From Vicugna vicugna (taxonomy: Eukaryota), in contig MU058054.1 of NCBI GenBank assembly GCA_013265495.1, forward strand, positions 186,001 through 250,000: a stretch of DNA of 64,000 nucleotides, read 5' to 3'. The stretch's first letter is position 1; each line of letters opens with the position of its first letter. This document shows, in pieces, positions 23,821 through 36,399 of the stretch. The notes below the pieces were generated by a model. That model searched no databases. It was not told where the DNA came from and saw only the letters and a program-made list of their open reading frames with translations. Position numbers and translations under genes: made by a program.

Positions 23821-26293
23821 TCATTTCGAATAATGGAGATAAATACGTAAAGAAGTAGAAGGGTTAAGCAGTTGTTCTGGGATGCTGTCTTTTTGTTTTA
23901 AGTCTCCAAATACTAGTTCACTAGTTGGTTTTTTTTTAAATTATGTACATTACTACTTTTGATAAAAATACAAAATTGTTTCTAAGTCGTCCTGATGCCC
24001 CTGGAGGGACAGAGAGGGAGACGCTGGGCTGACATCAGGGTTCGTGCCTGAGCCTTGCCCTCCTGCCTGCTGCTCTCTGCCAGCTGTCCGTCTAAATGGG
24101 GTTGAGTGAGTCAGAGCTGCCTGGCCAGAGTCTCACAGGAACTGGACACAGGACCATAGATATCAGACTTGGGAGGAACCTCCCTGGATCAGCCTCCGGC
24201 CTCAAGCCATTATCAGTATTGTCAATCAGTGGACTGCAGTGTACAGCGCAGTGGTCTACGCGGCTGTGAGCGCTGCTGTTAGGCTGCCTGACTTCATAAA
24301 CTTCAGGCTCTCCTCTAGCCGTGACGTGGGTGAGTTATTTAATTTCTCTGTGCCTCAGTTCTGTCATTGATAAATCAGGCTAATAATGCCTCCTTATATG
24401 GTTGTGGTGAACTTAATTCAACTAATACACGTCATAAACATAAGTCTAAGGAACGTTAGCTGTTAGTACCCGTTTTCACAAGTGACGGGTGTGAGGTCCA
24501 GAGAGGGAGAGTGGCACGTAGGAAGTCACACAGCAGATGAGAAGCAGAGCTAGGACTAGTGCCTGGGACTATTCTGTCTCAGTGCACTACTCTTTCCTTG
24601 TACCACTCCAACTTGCTTACACATGCATAAAACATTTCTGGAAAGATACCCAAGAAATGAACAACAGTGGTTACCCACAGGTAGGTGCAGGCTGAGAGGA
24701 TGAGGGACAGAATGAAAGGGAGACTGTATTCTCAGTTGAAATTCTTCAAACCATCTGACTGTATGATTAACACAAAACCAGGAAGTGAATAGATGAATTA
24801 ATTACATAAGTGAGATTATGTAATTAATGCCTTTCTCATGGTGGCAATCAGGTAAGATAACAGAAGTAGAAATCTTTTCTACACGAAAGTGATAGCCAGG
24901 TGTAGAGAGTTATTACTAGTAATCACAGTGCTTTTCAGTGAAAGCAAACTTTGCCCTGGATTTATAGAACAGACTGTAAGAAGGGGCACGCATTTCAGGA
25001 CGTCCATTAGCCAGGGTCTCCCCTTTGGAGACAGAATGGGTTCCCTTGGCCACAGGTGAAGCTGTCTTGGAGTGCAATGGAAATTTCCACCTTGGCACCT
25101 TGCAGATGAAAGGCTTCTGCCCCCACTGACTCTCTGACACCCAACACTTAGCATCCAGGCCCCCATTTGGACGACTCTCCTGGAAAACAGGATTAAGGCT
25201 GCAGAAACTAGGGGTTTTATTGGGGATGACAGTGAGGGCCACAGTTTGTTTTTCAAGGGAGGGAACTAAGTCCCAGAAATAGCTGAGCCCGAGCTGGCAG
25301 GCGGCTGGCAAAGAGCAGGAGGCTCCAAGGCAACGCTCCCAGGCCATGTTGACTTTGGACGGGCTGCCTGAGCATTGTAAACAATTGCAGAAATGATTTC
25401 CTACCCTGGCAAAAGTCTTGTTTGGACAAGGGGTCCCCCCCCCAACTTCTTTAAAAGGCAGTTTTATCATTTGTTTGCAAAAATGCTCAATCCCCTCTTT
25501 CTTTTCTTGTTCCCTCTGTGGCTCTGGTCTCCCCCAGAGCCAGATGAAAACTCTTTGTGTTTCTTTAATGTTAACCAAACCCCCACTCCTCCTTTTTTAA
25601 ACTGTTCCAGGTCTGTTGGACAAGTAACTCCCCAGCAACAGAACTTACAAGGGTCTGTTAAAGATTTTCTTAGGCTGCAGTCTTCAGTCAGTGACTTAAA
25701 AAAAATTTTTTTTTCTCCTTGTTTATTACATTTTAAACTCCGAGCACAATAAAATCTGTGCACAAGGATTGGGAAAGCAATAAAAACGCAACTCATAATG
25801 TCTTGGACTGAATCGGCAAATGCTCCATCTAGACACTGATGTAAGAGATTTGGTCTCTCAAGAGATGTCAGACTGGGAAATAAATGGGTTGTCTATAGGA
25901 AGAAAGCATGGGAGAACTGTGAGCTCTGTCGGGTTGCTGGCAAGGGTGGGGCTGCTGAGAGAGGCTGGGCGATGGGGCTGCACATTCTGAAAACCAGCCA
26001 GGATACAGAGCGGTGCAGAAAGAAGGAATACTGTGTTCTTGGCCACCCAGGGACAAGAGCAACCACAGACCAGATGAGGAGCTTGATATGTTAGCAACAT
26101 ACTTGCCCATCACCTAGCCCCCAGAGGAGCAGACTAAAGAAAGAGAATGGGGAGGGGCAGGCATGCGGGAAGGCAGGGGGGAGGGAGAGAAAGGGGGCAG
26201 GAGGCAGGGGCAGGCTGAAGACAGAGGAGGAAGAGGCTACTCAGGCATGGGGGAAACAGAAGCCACTCTCAAGCTGGATACCCAAGGAGAATT

Positions 26294-26544
26294 CTTTTTT
26301 TTTTCTTTTTTTTATTGATTCATAATCATTTTACAGTGTTGTGTCAAATTCCAGTGTTCAGCACAATTTTTCAGTCATTCATGGACATATACACACTCAT
26401 TGTCACACTTTTTTCTCTGTGATTTATCATAACATTTTGTGTATATTTCCCTGTGCTATACAGTGTAATCTTGTTTATCTATTCTACAATTTTGAAATCC
26501 CAGTCTATCCCTTCCCACCCTCTACCCCCCCCCCCGTAACCACA
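26294..26544 (-). mobile_element. Young 5'-truncated L1 3'UTR
   Basis: Poly-T then L1 3'UTR reverse complement; perfect TSD ACCCAAGGAGAATT at 26280-26293 and 26545-26558. Confidence 0.9.
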
Positions 26545-26808
26545 ACCCAAGGAGAATTAAATGAAGAGATGGACACTAGATAAGGTATAGGCAAGAGTTG
26601 AGGGGAACCAAAGGGAACACGGGGCACCCCAGAGCCTGCAACAACAGGGAAGCTGTTGCCCTGCCCTGGTGGGAAGGGTCTTCCTCCAAAGACATCACAT
26701 TAGCATCACAGCAACATTCGTATCATTCCTTCTGTCATCAGGAAATCTATCACTTTCTCTGAAGACATGATAAAAACAACCAAAAGGTGAACTCAAATTA
26801 AGAACTTA

Positions 26809-26897
26809 GGGGAGGGTATAGCTCAGTAGTAGAGCACATGCTTAGCGTGCCCAAGGTCCTGGGTTCGATCCCCAGTACCTCCATTAAAAAAAAAAAA
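26809..26897 (+). mobile_element. Short tRNA-Ala(AGC)-derived SINE or retro-tRNA with poly-A
   Basis: GGGGAGGGTATAGCTCAGTAGTAGAGCACATGCTTAGCGTGCCCAAGGTCCTGGGTTCGATCCCCAGTACCTCCA plus A-tail; flanked by AAGAACTT. Confidence 0.88.
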
Positions 26898-26915
26898 AAG
26901 AACTTGGGTAGAGGG

Positions 26916-27041
26916 GCAATGGGTGTAGCCCAGTGGTAGAGCACATGCTTAGCATGCACAAGGTCCTCTGTCAAAAATAAATAAACAAATAAACCTAATT
27001 ACTACCTATCCCCCCAAAAAACTTTTTAAAGCTATATAAAA
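26916..27041 (+). mobile_element. tRNA-Ala-derived SINE lacking the B-box/T-arm
   Basis: GGGTGTAGCCCAGTGGTAGAGCACATGCTTAGCATGCACAAGGTCCT|CTGTC, then the typical AAATAAACCTAATTAC tail. Confidence 0.85.
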
Positions 27042-27089
27042 AAGAACTTACATAGAGGGAAATTGAGGTCTTGAAAGAATGGTGATAGG

Positions 27090-27206
27090 TAATGAAGTAG
27101 AATAAATATATATATATGTACAACTGAATCACTGTGCTATACATCAGAAACTAACACAACATTGTAAATCAACTGTACTTCAATTAAAAAATGTTTAAAA
27201 AAATAA
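27090..27206 (+). mobile_element. Very short L1 3' end
   Basis: ACTGAATCACTGTGCTATACATCAGAAACTAACACAACATTGTAAATCAAC; TSD AAAGAATGGTG(A/G)TAGG at 27074-27089 and 27207-27222. Confidence 0.88.
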
Positions 27207-27429
27207 AAAGAATGGTGGTAGGCATTAAATCTATTTAAACATATGATTAAGCATATATAGCTATAATGATTATATTTACCAGGAAAATAATACAATTGTT
27301 AGAGTGAATAAAAAAGCCTACAAAATGTTGTTGCTGCTGCTGATGAAAAACCATGAGGGGGAAATGCTAAAACTGTCATTTAAAAGGGAGATGGGAAGAA
27401 ATAGAAGGAAAAGGGATGATGTTTGTTTC

Positions 27430-28022
27430 TATTTTGGTGAAATATACATAAATTAAATTTACCATCTTAACTATTTTAAAATGTGCATCTCTGTGGCATT
27501 AAGTGCATTCGCATTATTGGGCAGTCACCACCCCCATCCATCTCCAGAGCTTTTTTCATCTTCCCAAGTGAAACTCTGTACCCATTAAACACTGACTCCC
27601 TGGCCGTCTGCCTCCAGCCCTTGGCAACCACCACCTTAGTTCCTATCTCTATGTACCTGACTATTTTAGGAATCTTATATCAAAGGAATCATACAGTATT
27701 TGTCTTTTCTTGCTGGCTTCTTCCATTTAGCATAATGTCTCCTAGGTTTGTCCATACTATACCGCTTGTCAGAATTTCTCTCATTTTTAAGGCTGAATAA
27801 TATTCAAATCCCACATTCCGTATATCCATTCATCTGGAGATGGACAGAGGCTACTTCCACTCTTTGGCTAGTGTGAATAATGCTGCTATGAACATGGGTG
27901 CACAGATATCTGTTGGAGTTTCTGCTTTCACTTCTACACCCAGGAGTGAGACTGCTGAGTCATACGGTAATTCTTTGTTTAATTTTTTGAAGAATTGCCC
28001 ATATGGTTTTCCAAAGCAGCTG
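27430..28022 (-). mobile_element. Old L1 3' end (L1MB-like)
   Basis: Reverse complement of L1 ORF2 C-terminus and 3'UTR (translation KLNKELPYDSAVSLLG..CAPMFIAALFTLAK). Confidence 0.85.
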
Positions 28023-28049
28023 CAAGGAAGACTCTTTAAATCACCAAGG

Positions 28050-29350
28050 TCCTTATTTTTCTTAGGAGAAATGATATTGTTTCTTTTCTGAAGACAGCAC
28101 ATTGAGAAATACTGGATAAACATATTATTTAAAAATACAAAGGTAACCACCAGTAGAACTAAAAACAGTCTGAACACCTTCCAAATTGCCAGAACGCAAC
28201 AAACAAAAACGGAGCACACAGAAGCGTAAAAGCAGAGAATACAAATTATGACAGACGGAGACTAAACCTATCTGTTCCAGGGAGGAATGCAACTAATATA
28301 AACTCACTGTTTAAAAGAAAATGAAAGACAGCTACATGTTAGCAACAAGAGATATACCTAAAACCAAAAAACCCAGGGAGGCTGAAATGAATGGAGGAAC
28401 CAACACACTGCATGCGAATGCAAACAAAAAGCAGGCAAGAATTCTGTTAATAACAACAGGCTGAATTCAAGCTAAGAAATGCTCTAATAAGTAACAGCAC
28501 TGGAAAACGTAAAATAAAACTATCACAATTATAAGGACTAATTGACAGAGTAACAAGACTGAAATAAGCAGAGAAATAAAAGCACAGCAAGGTGCTTTAA
28601 CTCACCTCTCTCAGACCTTGACAAAGCAGATAGATGAAAAAAATAACATTTTTGGAGATAAATTTGGAGATTGTGAATAACATAGTTAATGAGATTGATG
28701 AGAGAGCGCAAACTAGCTGGTTAGACAGGTAAATAGAGCATAAATATGTAGACATCCTGAAGTAAGAGATTATAACTTATTTTCCAGCCTCCCTGAGACT
28801 TTTACAAAATCTGATTTGCACTATCAGATTTTGAAAAATAATTTATAAAAAAATAGCAATAGAATCAAGTCCTATTTTCTGACCACAGTGCACCAAAATG
28901 AACAATGAATAACAAAAATAGAATAAAAATTACAAAAGTCTTCTAAATGCCTTCTGTGGCAAAGAGGAAATCGAAACCAGAAACTGCAGAAAATTTAGAA
29001 AACACCACATGTAAAATATCCATGACCTTGAAAACATGCTAAGTGACAGAAGCCAGACACAAAAAGGCCTATGTGTTGTATGATTCCATTTATATGAAGT
29101 GTCCAGAACAGACAAATCCATAGAGACAGAAAGCAGATGAGTGGTTGCCAGGGGCTGGGCGGAGAGAGGATGGCGAGAGACTGTTACTGGATGTGGGGTT
29201 TTCCTTTTGAGGTGATGAAAATGTTCTGAAAATAGGCCGTGGGGATGACTGAACAACACTGAAAATGTACTAAATGCCGCTGGACCGTACATTTTTTAAA
29301 AATGGCTGAAATGATACATTTTGTGTTCATGTCTATGTGACCACAATGAA
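28050..29350 (+). mobile_element. Old L1 fragments (ORF2 endonuclease region followed by an L1MB-like 3' end)
   Basis: TTTTCTGACCACAGTGCA (FSDH motif); CTTGAAAACATGCTAAGTGACAGAAGCCAGACAC from about 29020. Confidence 0.65.
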
Positions 29351-29659
29351 AAAATAAATCTATGCAAACAGGGATTTGCATTTCCATTAATGGAGAGACT
29401 GGCTACACAGACCAAACTGAGGACAATGAGAAAAGCTGGACAGGATATGAAAAACATCCGACTGGAGGGTGGAAGACGGAGCAAGGCAATGAAAACTTAC
29501 AGGGTCAAAATCCAGAAAGAGAAAACCTAGAGGTAAGCTCAGGATTTAGTGTTGCCTTACTCCAGTGGGCGTCAGATGGGTCCAGAAGAGGCATTTGAGA
29601 GGTTGAGAAGTCGAGCAGAGATCTGTCAGCCTTTGGAGCAAAGGATAAAAATTAGAGTC

Positions 29660-30425
29660 TCTTCTCATACCGACTGGTGCACTGAGATGCAATTTGGAGG
29701 CTGACCACCTGGAGTTAGCAGCAAACCTCACAGGTTTAAGGGCATGGCCAGTTCCTAACCAGACTGTCCTCACTTCAGATACCAGCCACACTTTGGGGGT
29801 CCCCCCAGCCTCCGTGTAGTTTCTGACCAACTGGCTACAAATTTGAGGGTTCCCATGACTCCCCTCCAGCTCAATATTTCACTAGAATGGCTCACAGAAA
29901 TCAGGAAAGCACTACACTTACCGTAACAGTTTTATTATAAAGGAGCAGCCAAGTGAAGGGAGACAGACGCGTAGGGCAAGGTTTGGGAAGTCCCTGAACA
30001 CAGTGCTCTGGGCCCCCCACCCATGGAATCAGGGCATATCACTCTCCTGGCCCACAGATGTGCTCACTAACCAGGAAGTCCTACAGAGCTCAGTGTCTCA
30101 GTTTTTGCTGGAGTTTCATTACCTAGGCAAGCGTCACTGAATCACTGGCCACATGATTTAACTACATCTGCAGGTGCCATCCCCTCCCGGGAGGTTGGGA
30201 GGTCAGGCTGATGTAACAGAGCTCAAACCAGCCCCTGACCTGTGGCTATGTGAGGGCTCACCCTGAGTCATCTCATTAGCATAAACTCATAAATTCATAT
30301 GTGACCCACGGGCTCATGAATTACAAAGACACTCCGATCACTTGGGAAATTCCAAGGGTTTTAGAAGCTCTGTGCCAGGAACTCTGGACAAACACCAGAC
30401 AAATTCCTTCTTATAAAACTCAGGC
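29660..30425 (-). mobile_element. MER21-like ERVL LTR (3' LTR)
   Basis: Minus strand begins TTTATAAGAAGG..TTCCTGGCACAGAGCTTCTAAAACCCTTGGAATTTCC; preceded by purine-rich GGGGTGG. Confidence 0.75.
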
Positions 30426-30538
30426 CACCCCTGGTCTTTGGTCATGGTTCCTTTACAACAAAACAATCAACCCTCTCTAAGCGTGTACATTTGGAGTAAC
30501 ATTTATGTAACATACACAGCAACAGTCCAACATGAATA

Positions 30539-31108
30539 TGAAATGGAGCAGGACCCTGTGGGGCCCTCAAGGGTACAAATCCTTTCCTGTCTCCCCGTTT
30601 CTTATTTGTAGGAAGTAGGCTCCATTCAGCCTCCTTGACCTTCCCTGAATTCCAAAGGGCAGGTTCAAACAGTTGCTTATCAGGGAAGGGAGGGAATGCA
30701 GAAACAAAGGAGGAGCAATTAAGAAACAATAATGCAGCCTTGGGGCAGGGTCCTGGGTCCTCCTCAAGGAATATACATGGCAGTACCTTTGAGTTTTTCT
30801 GTAGAACTAAGGCCCCCACCCAGGTGGAGGATGGTAACTTCAGGCTGAGCCCAGGAATCCTGGACACCGCCTTGTGACCTCACCACCAACCAATCAGAAG
30901 TCTGCAGACAGTGGAAGAGAACGAAGTCTCTGACCCCCTCCCCAGTGATTCTCCCTTTAAAACTTCCATGGTAGAGCAGAATCTTTAGAGTTGGTTTTTG
31001 GACACGAGTCCACCATCTACCCAGGTTGCCAGCCCCCTGAGTGAAGCAACCTTTCTGTTCCTCCCAGCACTTTCAAGTGGCAAGCAGTTGAACCTGAGTT
31101 CAGTAACA
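30539..31108 (+). mobile_element. ERV1-type solo LTR (570 bp)
   Basis: TG...CA termini (TGAAATGG...AGTAACA), 4-bp TSD AATA at 30535-30538 and 31109-31112, internal CCAAT and TTTAAAA. Confidence 0.8.
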
Positions 31109-32749
31109 AATATGTCTAATGTTTGGAAGAGCCAGTGTGGGATAGGAATAGGAGGCTTTTAATTCAATTCCCCAATATATTTGACCATCAGTCTCATCGT
31201 TATAATCTTATGAACAATGTCAATGTTACATCATTATCACGCTATAGTAGATATCACTTGAAAAATAAGAGTAAAAAGATATTGGCACATTCTTAGAGTC
31301 CCCTTCAGTTACTATTAATAATTAGTCCAGTCCATTATCATATCATATGACCAAACTGTGTCCCAGGGCAAGGTTACATAGGTTTGCAGGTTTCTATGGG
31401 AACTTGTCAATAGCAGGGCTGGTCCTAGAAATATATGGCTTCACCCTTTCAGATATCTGGTATAATTGAGCTAACAGACAGTATCAGCTCTTGTTCTGAG
31501 CTTCTTTCCAGGTATTAACATAATACTAGATTTCCCTCATTGCATAACTTATTCATTCATTCATTTACCCTCAGCTACTATTCTTTCTTTCCATTCATAC
31601 CCAAAGCTTTCCACCTTTGGAAGGAATGTTAGATTCAGTCATTATGCTGCTCTAGATCGAAGTACTTTTCTAGCAACTGCCTTCCTCTCAGCTCACGCTC
31701 CTTCATCTAGGAAAGGGTTACATGGGTACAGAACTAGTGGGCTATTTCTACCACTAGGTCATATAGCTGCATTCACTATTCACCCCAATTGTGCTAGATG
31801 AGATGAAGACACAATGTACTCCAATGGGCCCTTAGGAATTCTGACATAAACGTTTAAAAGTCTAATTACGGTTTCCTCCTTAGGAGTCATCCCTGCTTCC
31901 AGCACGGACAGTTGTCACCCTGTTCCTAGGACCACTCCATCAGGTAGGAAAAAGAAGTTGAGGTGATGGGGCAAAGAAGAAAAACGCATGATTGTGTCAT
32001 CATCCCCCCCCCCACAGGGAGAACTGTATAGTCACATGAACATTCTCTCCTACCACCAGCCCCTATTCCCCAAATTCACCAAAAAAAATAGAGAAATCTA
32101 TTTCGTGGGAACACTGGCTTGGTACCCTTTAGGCTGAGTATAAGCACATGTTCATGAAGTGTGTAAGCCAACCCTTCATGCCTAAACCCCCTCTCCTTTT
32201 AGACCACCAATGTTTTCGCCCATTCCAATTCTCTGTCAAGCTATTACTATCGTCCAGCAATAGTAGGAGGATGTCTCTCTGCCTGTTGTTGGACACTATG
32301 GGCTATAAAGCAAGCTCCTTGGTCTGGAGAAATGCGACTTGGAAGTACAAACTGGTGTAGCGTTGTTGTTCCAGTTCTTTTATAGCACGCTGAGCACTTC
32401 CACCTACAGCTGGGTACGCAAAGCCAGTCCAGAGTAAGTGTTTGTTCTTATCGGACCCATTTGTAGCCTCCCAGCATTACCAGCATCAGTCCCATTTGCC
32501 AGCTATGTTCAGGGCGCTCCCCCCAGGGGATCTTCCCCATAGCTCTCTGCAATCTTTATCTCTCTTGTTGGCTGATGGAACAGTTCTCATTGGCATTTTG
32601 TGCCTCAGAGGGTATAAGAGGAATATATCTAAATTCAGCCCCTATCTGCATTATTGCAGCTCCCATTTCCTTTTCTTTCAAGGACCTAGGGGGCCACCTC
32701 AGGTGAGCACAACTGGACATCTACTCACTGCTCCAATGACCTTCTGATC

Positions 32750-33250
32750 ATGAAACTACTATGTTCTTAGATTTTTGTCTGCCTGGCATCCATTAATCAC
32801 AGGGCCAAACTAACAGCCAAAGTTGTTTGCATCTTCCCTGAGGTCCAGAGTCCATACTCTGAATCACCTCTTTTGTTCACTCTCACACGCCAATCCAAAC
32901 TTTCCCCTGCCCTAAACCATCCCAGGGCCAGATACCAGACTATGAGAGACAGCCCCACTACCCCAAAGCCCACTGGAACCTTTCAAACTACCTGATTCTG
33001 AGCTATTTATGTTGCCCCACCTTGTGTTTCCCACAGAAACCCCAACAAAGGCTGTGACCTATGCCTTCCCTTTGCTCCTTTCTGCCTCCTGACCAACACT
33101 GGTGCTTCTCCCCATGGCCCTATATTGCGTAAGAAGCCCCTCAGCCCCAACTCAGGAAATGTGAGTGATAAAAAAAATCTTCTTTCAACGGCAATAATCT
33201 CTAAGTGTCATCACTCAGTCACCTTTATAAAGGACAACCCAGGCACAAAT
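32750..33250 (+). mobile_element. ERVL LTR (MER74/MER54-like) nested in the ERVL internal region
   Basis: CCCCAAAGCCCACTGGAACCTTTCAAACTACC motif; interrupts pol between RNase H and integrase; boundaries approximate. Confidence 0.5.
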
Positions 33251-33699
33251 AAGATAGGCATTAACATGTTCTATCTTAATACACCCCTCACATTCCCAAA
33301 GCAGCTTCCATAGGGCTGCACCCCATACGGTAATCTCTTTCCTAGGTCAGTTTCCCATGGTCCTTCTGCCTAACCACACGGCCAGGCCATTGGCTACTGC
33401 CCGTAAGTTAGTAAAAACTCAAACAGGGGGGCAAACAGCATGCAGTTCAGTCCACTGAGCTGATTTGTTTTTACATTTTTCAATCAGAGTAGCAGCCTTC
33501 CAAACAGGATGCCGTCCACTCACCTCGGAACATCCATCCATAAACCAAGAAGCTCTTTTTAAGTCAATAGAGAGCTGTTCGCAGGGCACGATCCATGTTC
33601 TAACAGCTCCTCAGATGTTTCTAAAGCCAGCCTTAGGGAAAGAGTCTACCTGCTTGAGAATGTACTGAGCAACTCTTTGTATTCTCTCAGAACTTAATC

Positions 33700-35690
33700 A
33701 AAGAACTAGAAACCATAAAAAAGGACAAAATAGAAATTCCAGATGTGAAAGATACCATAACTGACAAATAGAAACTCAATGTGTGGAATTAATGGCCAAT
33801 TAGACAAAGCTGAGGAGAGAATTAATATACTAAAAAAAAAAAAAAAACCTGAAGAAATATCCAGATTGCATGAAGAGTCAAAAACAAATTAAATATAGAA
33901 GTGAAAGCAAGGAATAAGCTAAGAGAGTTGAACATATGTATAATTGGAGCCCCATATGTAAAAGAGAGAGAAATGATGCAGAAACAATACTTGAAGAGAT
34001 AATGGCTGAGAATTTTCTACAATTGACTAAAGACCTCAAGCCACAGATGCAAAAATTCCTACCAACTCCCAAAGAGGATTTTAAAAAGGAAAACCACACT
34101 GAGACAAATCATAAACTCAAGCACAAAGAAAATCTTAGCAAACAGACAGCTCTCCTTCCAAAGAGCAATATAATTATGATATACAAAATCTCAACAAAAC
34201 AACAAAGTGTAAAATACATAATACCATCAGAGTGCTGAAATGCAACACAACCAGAAACACTCTTCAAGACTGAAGATGAAGTAAAAACATTTTCAGACAA
34301 ATAAATACCAGATTTGATTCAAAGTAAACATTAAAGGGTGCGTACTAGATGAATGAAAAAAGGTATCAGATAGAAATACAGAGATGCAGAAAGAAATGAA
34401 GAAGAACAAAGTAAGCAGGTATGTAGATAAATCTGCCTACTGATTGCCAAAACAATAACAATTTCCTACAAGGTTTGAAATATATAAGGAATTAAACACA
34501 TTTTTAAAAAATCACATATAAGTTCAGGAAGACAATGAATGGATTTAAAGCATTCTAAATTCCTTACGTTATCTGGGAAGAAGGTAAAACTACCTCACAT
34601 TATTAGACTGATAAGTCAGAGGTTCATTTGTAATCATGAGCTACCAACAATAGAATAATTTTTTAAAGTATATAATTTTCAAACTATTAGAAGATGGAAA
34701 TAGAATGGTCAAATATATCAATCCTAACATAGACAAATTAACCAATAAACGGAATCCATTTCAGACTCATTTGGTCACCTAACTTATAGCAAAAGTAACA
34801 CTGTAGTACCTTGGGGAAAGAAAATCTTTTAATATATGGTCTTGAGCTAACTGGAGGTCCATGTGAAAAAAAGAATTTTGGTTCCTGTCTGATATCATAC
34901 ATGAAAAATAATTCCAGCAGATCTAAATATGAATAAAAAACCAAAGAGCTCTTAGAAGAGAACATTGTCACCATCTTGTAGTGTGCAAAGATTTTTTAAA
35001 CAGGGCCAACATATTAGGCTACCTAATGTTAAAAAGATAAATTGGACTATATTAAGAATAAAAGTATTTGCTAGTTGAAAGAGAATAAAATGGCAAACCA
35101 CAGTGTGCAAGAAGATTATTTTTAACAACAGGAAATATTCATGTGGCCAGAATACATTTAAAACCCCTACAAATAAACAACAGAATGACAGAAAATGAAC
35201 AAGCACTTCACAATAAATCACATTCCAACAGCCAACAAACACAGAAAAGGTTCTCAACTTCATTAGTCTTGATAGAAACACAAAATCGTAAGACAGTCCT
35301 TTCTACCTCCAGAACTGATTTAAAAAAAAAAAAAGGGAAGAAAGAAAGAAAGAAAAATCACATAATCCTAAGTGCTGACAGAGATGCAGGACAAAAAGAA
35401 CTCTCAGTAACTGATGGTAAGAGTGTAAATTAATCTGTGGGATAACTGTTTGTATCTCGTAAACCTGAAGATAAGAATACTTAATGGACCTAGCAATTCT
35501 TAGGTACACATCCAACACAGATGTTACTGTTCACCAAAGGACACAGAATGCTCACAGAGCTCTAGTCGTAAAAACTTCAAATTAGAGACTGGCCAACTGC
35601 CATCAACAGTAATAGACAAATAGAACATAAGTAAAAACATTCACACAAAGAATTCCTACATAGGTATGAAAATCCACGAACATGTAATAT
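33700..35690 (+). mobile_element. Old L1 (ORF1 and ORF2 fragments)
   Basis: ORF 33936-34238 contains AETILEEIMAENFLQL.KD (L1 ORF1); downstream fragments resemble the ORF2 C-terminus. Confidence 0.8.
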
Positions 35691-35692
35691 AC

Positions 35693-36295
35693 TGTTGTGG
35701 ATTGAATTGTGTTCCTCCCAAATTCGTATGTTGAAGCCCTAGCCCCCAGAGTAACTTATCTGGACATAAGGCCTTTGAGGGGGTGATTGAGGTAAAATGA
35801 GATCGTAAGTGTGGGGCCCTAAACCAATAGGAGCAGAGGCCTTATAAGAGAAAGAGACACCAGGGGTGCACATGGCAAGAGAAAAGGCTGGGTGAGGACG
35901 CAAGGAGAAAGCGTCCGTCTACAAGACAGACAAACAGGCATCAGGAGAAACTAAACCTGCTAAACCCTGATCTTGGACTTCCAGCTTCCAGACAGTAAAC
36001 CTGGACATAAGGCCTTTGAGGGGGTGATTGAGGTAAAATGAGATTGTAAGTGTGGGGCCCTAAACCAATAGGAGCAGAAGCCTTATAAGAGAAAGAGACA
36101 CCAGGGGTGCACATGGCAAGAGAAAAGGCCGGGTGAGGACGCAAGGAGAATGCGTCCGTCTACAAGACAGACAAACAGGCATCAGGAGAAACCAAACCTG
36201 CTAAACCCTGATCTTGGACTTCCAGCTTCCAGACAGTAAATGTCCATTGTTTAAGCCTCCAGGTCTGGCAGCCCTAGCAGACCAGCCCAGTACGG
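35693..36295 (+). mobile_element. MaLR solo LTR (MLT1A-like) with an internal 241-bp tandem duplication
   Basis: Starts TGTTGTGGATTGAATTGTGTTCCTCCCAAATTCGTATGTTGAAGCCCTA; ends GGCAGCCCTAGCAGAC. Confidence 0.8.
35760..36240 (+). repeat. Tandem direct duplication, period 241 bp
   Basis: CTGGACATAAGGCC...CCAGACAGTAAA starting at 35760 and 36001; about 5 substitutions counted by eye. Confidence 0.95.
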
Positions 36296-36399
36296 ACATA
36301 CCACATTTTGCTTTTCCATTTATCAGTTGGTAGCATTTGGGTCGTTTCCGCCTGGGGGCTATTATGAATAAAGCTGCTATGAACATTCATGTTTCAACA

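Larger units (their letters stand above)
30426..33700 (-). mobile_element. ERVL internal pol remnant (MER21-int-like), interrupted by two LTRs
   Basis: Minus-strand remnants WFMDGCS..WKAATL and VFTNLRAVANGLAVW (RNase H, about 33310-33550) and HSWQ..GGYKWV..TYSGL.FAYP (integrase, about 32410-32525). Confidence 0.75.

Noticed and set aside
24879..25796. Overlapping ORFs up to 220 aa
   Set aside because: No recognisable domain or exon structure; ORFs on both strands; consistent with chance
26809..26883. Functional tRNA-Ala(AGC) gene (and similar copies elsewhere)
   Set aside because: Poly-A tails, TSDs and stem-disrupting substitutions mark these as SINEs or retro-tRNAs
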